From the NCBI RefSeq assembly GCF_009914755.1, contig NC_060933.1: a DNA stretch of 64,000 nt. The stretch is one strand, 5' to 3'. The notes beneath the pieces are model-generated. The model searched no databases. It saw nothing but the letters and a program-made list of their open reading frames with translations, and was not told where the DNA came from. Made by a program: the position numbers and the translations under genes. Below are positions 54,401 to 64,000 of the stretch, piece after piece. This DNA is from the human T2T-CHM13v2.0 reference genome, Homo sapiens. How positions within the stretch are numbered: position 1 is the stretch's first letter; every line of letters begins with the position of its first letter.

Positions 54401-57400
54401 ATGGAATGGAATGCAATGGAATGGAATCAACCCGAGTGCAATCGAATGGAATCGAATGGAATGGAATGCAATGGAATGGATTCAACTTGAATGGAATGGA
54501 AAGAATGGAATCAACACGAGTGGAATGGCATGGATTGGAATGGAATGGAATGGAATCAACCCGAGTACAGGGGAATGGAATGGAATGGAATGCAATGGAA
54601 TGGAATCATCCGTAATGGAATGGAAAGGAATGCAGTGGAATGGAATGGAATGGAATGGAATCAACTCGATTGCAATCGAATGGAATGGAATGGAATTAAC
54701 CCGAATAGAATGGAATGGAATGGAATGGAACGGAACGGAATGGAATGGAATGGAATGGAATGGAATGCAACGGAACGGAACGGAATGGAATGGAATGGAA
54801 TGGAATGGAATGGAATGGAATGGAATCAACGCGAGTGCAGGGGAATGGAATGGAATGGAATGCAATGGAATGGAATCTTCCGGAATGGAATGGAATGGAA
54901 TGGAATGGAATGGAATGGAATGGAATCAACCCGAGTGCAATGGAATGGAGTGGAATGGAATGTAATGGAATGGAACAACCCGAATGGAATGGAATGTAAT
55001 GGAGAGTAAGGGAGTTGAATAGAATCAATCCGAATGGAATGGAATGGAATGGAACGGAATGGAATTGAATGGAATGGAATGGAATGCAATGGAATGGAAT
55101 CAACCCGAGTGCAATGGAATGGAGAGGAATGGAATGGAATGGAATGGAAACTACCCGAATGGAATGGAATGTAATGGAGTGTAAGGGAATTGAATAGAAT
55201 CAATCCGAATGTAATGGAATCGAATGGAACGGAATGGAATGGAATGGAATGGAATGGAATGGAATGGAATGGAATGCAATGGAATGGAATCAACCCGAGT
55301 GCAATCGAATGGAATCGAATGGAATGGAATACAATGGAATGGATTCAACTTGAATGGAATGGAAAGAATGCAATCAACACGAGTGGAATGGCATGGATTG
55401 GAATGGAATGGAATGGATCAACCCGAGTACAGGGGAATGGAATGGAATGGAATGCAATGGAATGGAATCATCCGTAATGGAATGGAAAGGAATGGAATGG
55501 AATGGAATGGAATGGAATGGAATGGAATGGAATCAACTCGATTGCAATCGAATGGAATGGAATGGAATTAACCCGAATAGAATGGAATGGAATGGAATGG
55601 AACGGAACGGAATGGAATGGAATGGAATGGAATGGAATGGAATGGAATGAACGCGAGTGCAGGGCAATTGAATGGAATGGAATGCAATGGAATGGAATCT
55701 TCCGGAATGGAATGGAATGGAATGGAATGGAATAGAATCAACTCGATTGCAATCGAATGGAATGGAATGGAATTAACCCGAATAGAATGGAATGGAATGG
55801 AATGGAACGGAACGTAATGGAATGGAATGGAATGGAATGGAATGGAATGGAACGGAACGGAATGGAATGGAATGGAATGGAATCAACGCGAGTGCAGGGG
55901 AATGGAATGGAATGGAATGCAATGGAATGGAATCTTCCGGAATGGAATGGAATGGAATGGAATGGAATGAAATGCAATGGGTTCAACTCGATTGCAATGG
56001 AATGGAACAGAATGGAATGGAATGGAATGGAATGGAATTAATTCGAATAGAATGGAATGGAATGGAATGGAACGGAATGGAACGGAATGGAATGTTATGG
56101 AATGGAATGGTATGGAATGGAATGGAATGGTACGGAATAGAATGGAATGGAAAGAATTGTAAGGGAATGGAATTGAATGGAATGGAATGGAATGGAATGG
56201 AATCAACGCGAGTGCAGCGGAATCTAATGGAACGGAATGCAATGGAATGGAATCATCCGCAATGGAATGGAATGGAATGGAATGGAATGGAATGGAATGG
56301 AATCAACCCGAGTGCAATGGAATGGAGTGGAATGGAATGGAATGGAACAACCCGAATGGAATGGAATGTAGTGGAGAGTAAGGGAGTAGAATAGAATCAA
56401 TCCGAATGTAATGGAATGGAATGCAACGGAATGGAATGGAATGGAATGGAATGGAATGCAATGGAATTGAATCAACCCGAGTACAATGGAATGGAATGGA
56501 ATGGAATGGAATGGAAGGGAATGGAATGGAATGGAATGATACGGAACAGAATGGAATGGAACGAAATGGAATGGAATGGAATGGAATGGAATCGTTCCGA
56601 GTGGAATAGGATGGAATGTATTCGAGTGGAATGGAAACGAATGGTATCAACCAGAGTGGAATGGAAGGGAATGGAATGGAATGGAAACTAATAGAATGGA
56701 ATCAACCCGAGTGGAATGGAATGGAAAGGACTGGAATGGAATGGAATGGAATGGAATCAACTCGATTGTAATGGAATGGAATGGAATGGAATGGAATGGA
56801 ATGGAATGGAATGGAATTAACCCGAATAAAATGGAATGGAATGGAATGGAACGGAATGGAGTGGAATGGAATGGAATCAACCCGAGTGCAGGGGAATGGA
56901 TTGGAATGGAATGCAATGGAATGGAATCTTCCGGAATGGAATGGAATGGAATGGAATGCAAAGCAATGGAATCAACTCGATTGCAATGGAATGGAATGGA
57001 ATGGAAAGGAGTACATTGGAATCAACCCGAGTGGAATGGAATGGAAAGGACTGGAATGGAGTGGAATGGAAAGGAATGGAATGGAATGGAATCAACTCGA
57101 CTGGAATGGAATGGAATGGAATGGAATGGAATTAACCCGAAGAAAATGGAATGGAATGGAATGGAACGGAACGGAATGGAATGGAATGGAATGGAATGGA
57201 ATGGAATGGAATCAACCCGACTGCAGGGGAATGGAATGGAATGGAAGGCAATGGAATGGATTCAACTTGCATGGAATGGAAATAATGGAATCAACACGAG
57301 TGGAATGGCATGGATTGGAATGGAATGGAATGGAATCAACCCGAGTACAGGGGAATGGAATGGAATGGAATGCAATGGAATGGAATCATCCGTAATGGAA

Positions 57401-59789
57401 TGGAAAGGAATGGAATGGAATGGAATGGAATGGAATGGAATGGAATGGAATCAACTCGTTTGCAATCGAATGGAATGGAATGGAATTAACCCGAATAGAA
57501 TGGAATGGAATGGAATGGAATGGAACGGAACGGAATGGAACGGAACAGAGTGGAATGGAATGGAATGGAATTGTATGGAATGGAATGGCATGGTACGGAA
57601 TAGAATGGAATGGAAAGAATTGGAATGGAATGGAATCGAATGGAATGGAATGGAATGGAATGGAATCAACCCGAGTGCAGGGGAATGTAATGGAAAGGAA
57701 TGCAATGGAATGGAATCATCCGGAATGGAATGGAATGGAATGGAATGGAATGGAATGGAATGGAATCAACCCGAGTGCAATGGAATGGAGTGGAATGGAA
57801 TGGAATGGAATGGAACAACCCGAATGGAATGGAATGTAATGGAGAGTAAGGGAGTTGAATAGAATCAATCAGAATGTAATGGAATGGAACGGAATGGAAT
57901 GGAATGGAATGGAATGGAATGGAATGGAATGGAATGCAATGGAATGGAATCAACCCGAGTACAATGGAACGGAATGGAATGGAATGTAGTGGAATGGAAT
58001 GGAATGGAATGGAATGGAATGGAATCAACCCGAGTGCAGGGGAATGGAGAGGAATGGAATGGAATGGAATGGAAACTACCCGAATGGAATGGAATGTAAT
58101 GGAGCGTAAGGGAATTGAATAGAATCAATCCGAATGGAATGGAATGGAATGGAACGGAATGTAATGGAATGGAATGGAATGGAATCAACCCGAGTGCAGA
58201 CGAATGGAATGGAATGGAATGCAATGGAATGGAATCATCCGGAATGGAATGGAATGGAATGCAATGGAGTAGAATGGAATGGAATCAACCCGAGTGCAAT
58301 GGAATGGAGTGAAATGGAATGGAATGGAATGGAAACAACAAGAATGGATTGGAATATAATGGAGTGTAAGGGAATTGAATAGAATCAAGCTGAATGTAAT
58401 GGAATGGAATGGAACGGAATGGAATGGAATGGAATGGAATGCAATGGAATGGAATGCAATGGAATGGAATCAACCCGAGTGCAATCGAATGGAATCGAAT
58501 GGAATGGAATGCAATGGAATGGATTCAAGTTGAATGGAATGGAAAGAATGGAATCAACACGAGTGGAAGGGCATGGATTGGAATGCAATGGAATGGAATC
58601 AACTCGAGTACAGGGGAATGGAACGGAATGGAATGCAATGGAATGGAATCATCCGTAATGGAATGGCAAGGAATGAAATGGAATGGAATGGAATGGAATG
58701 GATTGGAATGGAATGGAATCAACACGATTGCAATCGAATGGAATGGAATGGAATTAACCCGAATAGAATGGAATGGAATGGAATGGAACGGAACGGAATG
58801 GAATGGAATGGAATGGAATGGAATGGAATGGAACGGAACAGAAAGGAATGGAATGGAATGGAATGGAATGGAATGGAATGGAATGGAATGGAATGGAATC
58901 AACGCGAGTGCAGGGGAATGGCATGGAATGGAATACAATGGAATGGAATCTTCCGGAATGGAATGGAATGGAATGGAATGGAATGGAATGAAATGCAATG
59001 GATTCAACACGCTTGCAATGGAATGGAATAGAATGGAATGGAATGGAATGGAATGGGATTAACCCGAATAGAATGGAATGGAATGGAATGGAATGGAACG
59101 GACTGCAACGGAATGGAATGGAATGGAATGGAATGGAATGGAATGGAATGGAATGGTATGGAATGGAATGGAATGGTACGGAATAGAATGGAAAGGAACG
59201 AATTGTAATGGAATGGAATTGAATGGAATGGAATGGAATCAACGCGAGTGCAGGGGAATGTAATGGAATGGAATTGAATGGAATGGAATGGAATGGCATG
59301 GAATCAACGCGAGTGCAGGGGAATGTAATGGAACGGAATGCAATGGAATGGAATCATCCGGAATGGAATGGAATGGAATGGAATGGAATGGAATCAACCC
59401 GAGTGCAATGGAATGGAGTGGAATGGAATGGAATGGAATGGAACAACCCGAATGGAATGGAATGTAATGGAGAGTAAGGGAGTTGAATAGAATCAATCCG
59501 AATGTAATGGAATGCAATGCAACGGAATGGAATGGAATGGAATGGAATGGAATGGAATGGAATGGAATGGAATGCAAAGGAATGGAATCAACCCGAGTGG
59601 AATGGCGTGGAATGGAATGCAATGGATTGGAATGGAATGGAATCAACTCGAGTGGAAAGGAATGGAATGGAATGGAAAGGAATGGAATGAAGTCAACTCG
59701 AGTGGAATGGAATGGAATGGAATGGATTGGAATGGATTGCAATGGAATGAAATGGAATGGAATGGAATGGAATGGAATGGAATGGAATG

Positions 59790-62150
59790 GAATGGAATCA
59801 ACCCGAGTGCAATGGAATGCAGTGGAATGGAATGGAATGGAATGGAACAACCCGAATGGAATGGAATGTAATGGAGAGTAAGGGAGTTGAATAGAATCAA
59901 TCCGAATGTAATGGAATGGAATGGGAAGGAATCGAGTTGAATGGAATGGAATGGAATGCAATGGAATGGAATCAACCCGAGTGCAATGGAATGGAGAGGA
60001 ATGGAATGGAATGGAATGGAAACTACCCGAATGGAATGAAATGTAATGGAGTGTAAGGGAATTGAATAGAATCAATCCGAATGTAATGGAATGGAATGGA
60101 ACGGAACGGAATGGAATGGAATGGAATGGAATTGAATGGAATGGAATGGAATGGAATGCAAAGGAATGGAATCAACCCGAGTGCAATCGAATGGAATCGA
60201 ATGGAATGGAATGCAATGGAATGGATTCAACTTGAATGGAATGGAAAGAATGGAATCAACACGAGTGGAAGGGCATGGATTGGAATGCAATGGAATGGAA
60301 TCAACCTGAGTACAGGGGAATGGAATGGAATGGAATGCAATGGAATGGAATCATCCGTAATGGAATGGAAAGGAATGGAATGGAATGGAATGGAATGGAA
60401 TGGAATGGAATGGAATCAACTCGATTGCAATCGAATGGAATGGAATGGAATTAACCCAAATAGAATGGAATGGAATGGAATGGAACGGAACGGAATGGAA
60501 TGGAATGGAATCAACCCGAGTGCAGGGGAATGGAATGGAATGGAATGCAATGGAATGGAATCAACACGATTGCAATCGAATGGAATGGAATGGAATTAAC
60601 CCGAATAGAATGGAATGGAATGGAATGGTACGGAACGGAATGGAATGGAATGGAATCAACCCGAGTGCAGGGGAATGGAATGGAATGGAATGCAATGGAA
60701 TGGAATCATCCGGAATGGAATGGAATGCAAAGCAATGGAATCAACTCGATTGCAATGGAATGGAATGGAATGGAAAGGAATACATTGGAATCAACCCGAG
60801 TGGAATGGAATGGAAAGGACTGGAACGGAGTGGAATGTAATGGAATGGAATGGAATGGAATCAACTCGATTGGAATGGAATGGAATGGAATGGAATGGAA
60901 TGGAATGGAATGGAATTAACCCGAATAGAATGGAATGGAATGGAATGGAACGGAACGGAACGGAATGGAATGGAATGGAATGGAATGGAATGGAATCGAA
61001 TCAACCCGACTGCAGGGGAATGGAATGGAATGGAATGCAATGGAATGGATTCAACTTGAATGGAATGGAAAGAATGGAATCAACACGAGTGGAATGGCAT
61101 GGATTGGAATGGAATGGAATGGAATCAACCCGAGTACAGGGGAATGGAATGGAATGGAATGCAATGGAATGGAATCATCCGTAATGCAATGGAATGGAAT
61201 GGAATGGAATGGAATGGAATGGAATGGAATCAACTCGATTGCAGTCGAATGGAATGGAATGGAATTAACACGAATAGAATGGAATGGAATGGAATGGAAC
61301 GGAAAGGAATGGAATGGAATGGAATGGAATGGAATGGAATGGAATGGAATGGAATGGAATCAACGCGAGTGCAGGGGAATGGAATGGAATGGAATGCAAT
61401 GGAATGGAATCTTCCGGAATGGAATGGAATGGAATGGAATGGAATGGAATGGAATGGAATCAACCCGAGTGCAATGGAATGGAGTGGAATGGAATGGAAT
61501 GGAATGGAACAACCCGAATGGAATGGAATGTAATGGAGAGTAAGGGAGTTGAATAGAATCAATCCGAATGTAATGGAATGGAATGGAAAGGAATCGAGTT
61601 GAATGGAATGGAATGGAATGCAATGGAATGGAATCAACCCGAGTGCAATGGAATGGAGAGGAATGGAATGGAATGGAATGGAAACTACCCGAATGGAATG
61701 GAATGTAATGGAGTGTAAGGGAATTGAATAGAATCAATCCGAATGTAATGGAATGGAATGGAACGGAACGGAATGGAATGGAATGGAATGGAATGGAATG
61801 GAATGGAATGGAATGCAATGGAATGGAATCAACCCGAGTGCAATCGAATGGAATCGAATAGAATGGAATGCAATGGAATGGATTCAACTTGAATGGAATG
61901 GAAAGAATGGAATCAACACGAGTGGAAGGGCATGGATTGGAATGCAATGGAATGGAATCAACCTGAGTACAGGGGAATGGAATGGAATGGAATGCAATGG
62001 AATGGAATCATCCGTAATGGAATGGAAAGGAATGGAATGGAATGGAATGGAATGGAATGGAATGGAATGGAATGGAATCAACTCGATTGCAATCGAATGG
62101 AATGGAATGGAATTAACCCAAATAGAATGGAATGGAATGGAATGGAACGG
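59790..62150 (-). repeat. Direct duplication at ~1.66-kb offset (about 59,790-60,480 and 61,455-62,150)
   Basis: GGAATCGAGTTGAATGG ~59928/61590; GAGTGGAAGGGCATGG ~60263/61920; CAACCTGAGTACAGG 60302/61959; TTAACCCAAATAG 60451/62113. Confidence 0.85.
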
Positions 62151-64000
62151 AACGGAATGGAATGGAATGGAATGGAATGGAATGGAATGGAATGGAATGG
62201 AACGGAATGGAATGGAATGGAATGGAATGGAATGGAATGGAATCAACGCGAGTGCAGGGGAATGGAATGGAATGGAATGCAATGGAATGGAATCTTCCGG
62301 AATGGAATGGAATGGAATGGAATGGAATGGAATGGAATGGAATCAACTCGAGTGCAATGGAATGGAGTGGAATGGAATGGAATGGAATGGAACAACCCGA
62401 ATGGAATGGAATGTAATGGAGAGTAAGGGAGTTGAATAGAATCAATCCCAATGTAATGGAATGGAATGCAACGGAATGGAATGGAATGGAATGGAATGGA
62501 ATGGAATGGAATGCAATGGAATTGAATCACCCCGAGTGCAATCGAATGGAATCGAATGCAATGGAATGCAATGGAATGGATTCAACTTGAATGGAATGGA
62601 AAGAATGGAATCAACACGAGTGGAATGGCATGGATTGGAATGGAATGGAATGGAATCAACCCGAGTAAAGGGGAATGGAATGGAATGGAATGCAATGGAA
62701 TGGAATCATCCGTAATGGAATGGAAAGGAATGGAATGGAATGGAATGGAATGGAATGGAATGGAATCAACCCGAGTGCAGGGGAATGGAATGGAATGGAA
62801 TGCAATGGAATGGAATCATCCGGAATGGAATGGAATGGAATGGAATGCAAAGCAATGGAATCAACTCGATTGCAATGGAATGGAATGGAATGGAAAGGAA
62901 TACATTGGAATCAATCCGAGTGGAATGGAATGGAAAGGACTGGAATGGAGTGGAATGGAATGGAATGCAATGGAATGGAATGGAATGGAGTCAACTTGAT
63001 TGGAATGGAATGGAATGGAATGGAATGGAATGGAATGGAATCAACCCGACTGCAGGGGAATGGAATGGAATGGAATGCAATGGAATGGATTCAACTTGAA
63101 TGCAATGGAAAGAATGGAATCAACACGAGTGGAATGGCATGGATTGGAATGGAATGGAATGGAATCAACCCGAGTACAGGGGAATGGAATGGAATGGAAT
63201 GCAATGGAATGGAATCATCCGTAATGGAATGGAAAGGAATGGAATGGAATGGAATGGAATGGAATGGAATGGAATGGAATCAACTCGATTGCAATCGAAT
63301 GGAATGGAATGGAATTAACCCGAATAGAATGGAATGGAATGGAATGGAACGGAACGGAATGGAATGGAATGGAATGTAATGGAACGGAACGGAATGGAAT
63401 GGAATGGAATGGAATGCAATGGAATGGAATCAACGCGAGTGCAGGGGAATGGAATGGAATGGAATGAAATGGAATGGAATCTTCCGGAATCGAATGGAAT
63501 TGAATGGAATGGAATGGAATGGTATGGAATAAACCCGAGTGCAATGGAATGGAGTGGAATGGAATGGAATGGAATGGAACAACCCGAATGGAATGGAATG
63601 TAATGGAGACTAAGGGAGTTGAATAGAATCAATACAAATGTAATGGAATGGAAAGGAACGGAATGGAATTGAATGGAATGGAATGGAATGCAATGGAATG
63701 GAATCAACACGATTGCAATCGAATGGAATGGAATTGAATTAACCCGAATAGAATGGAATGGAATGGAACGGAACGGAACGGAATGGAATGGAATGGAATC
63801 AACCCGAGTGCAGGGGAATGGAATGGAATGGAATGCAATGGAATGGAATCATCCGGAATGGAATGGAATGGAATGGAATGCAAAGCAATGGAATCAACTC
63901 GATTGCAATGGAATGGAATGGAATGGAAAGGAATACATTGGAATCAACCCGAGTGGATTGGAATGGAAAGGACTGGAATGGAGTGGAATGTAATGTAATG

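Larger units (their letters stand above)
47886..63490. promoter_or_regulatory. Cluster of 12 perfect three-box heat shock elements (GGAATCTTCCGGAAT)
   Basis: Exact nGAAnnTTCnnGAAn matches starting at 47886, 48749, 50899, 52068, 54872, 55694, 55929, 56923, 58945, 61406, 62289 and 63476. The sequence match is direct; function is inferred. Confidence 0.6.
37414..64000 (-). repeat. Satellite III (HSat3) array, inverted orientation (GGAAT on + strand)
   Basis: Continuous (GGAAT)n with AATCAACCCGAGT, CAACTCGATTGC and ATCATCCGG motifs, which are the reverse complements of the left-arm motifs. Confidence 0.97.
46220..64000 (-). repeat. HSat3 sub-type B domain, chr9q12 (HSat3B5/pHuR98)-like
   Basis: Distinct motif set: GGATTCAACTTGAATGGAATGGAAAGAATGG (13 copies including near-variants), CAACGCGAGTGCAGGGG, GGAATCTTCCGG, TGCAAAGCAATGG, GGAGAGTAAGGGAGTTG and (GGAAC)n runs. 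The chr9 assignment rests on my recollection of the pHuR98 sequence, not on a search. Confidence 0.65.

Noticed and set aside
49374-57293. TAATGGAATCA (49374, 49672, 57283) resembling a DUX-family site
   Set aside because: It is an imperfect match to the DUX4 consensus, present in few copies, and arises easily by one substitution in the satellite.
39-63998. Hundreds of ORFs encoding (MEWNG)n or (HSIPF)n peptides, up to 478 aa
   Set aside because: A CATTC/GGAAT pentamer has no stop codon in any frame and translates to a 5-residue cycle. The ORFs overlap in all six frames and show no gene features, so they are not credible CDS.
1-64000. CRISPR-like alternation of a conserved motif (AATCAACCCGAGTG) with variable-length intervals
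   Set aside because: The intervals are satellite pentamers rather than unique spacers, spacing is irregular, and there are no cas genes or leader.
1-64000. HSat2, alpha satellite or telomeric repeat identity
   Set aside because: CATTCGATTC is only sporadic (it dominates HSat2), there is no 171-bp monomer, and there are no TTAGGG arrays. The isolated TATTAGGGTT motifs are variants of TATTCGGGTT.

Overview
The whole 64 kb is primate, most likely human, Satellite III (HSat3) pericentromeric heterochromatin. It consists of diverged (CATTC/GGAAT)n pentamers interspersed with the classic CAACCCGAGT/ACTCGGGTTG decamer and a small vocabulary of related motifs. I find no genes, RNA genes, transposons or CRISPR arrays; the ORFs in the track are artefacts of a stop-free pentamer. 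Main structure: (1) a single sharp strand switch (inversion breakpoint) at about 37,414, with CATTC on + to the left and GGAAT on + to the right; (2) two sub-types arranged as a nested mirror, B(1-~1.2 kb) > A(~1.2-37.4 kb) | inverted A(37.4-46.2 kb) < inverted B(46.2-64 kb); (3) many kb-scale tandem, dispersed and inverted duplications (about 1.07, 1.46, 1.66, 2.3 and 3.5 kb offsets). The B domain contains copies of a ~155-bp segment resembling, from memory, the chr9q12 SatIII clone pHuR98. It also carries 12 perfect three-box heat shock elements (GGAATCTTCCGGAAT = nGAAnnTTCnnGAAn), each one base away from the array-wide GGAATCATCCGGAAT motif. All mapping was done by eye using marker motifs, so block boundaries are approximate (roughly +/-50-100 bp).
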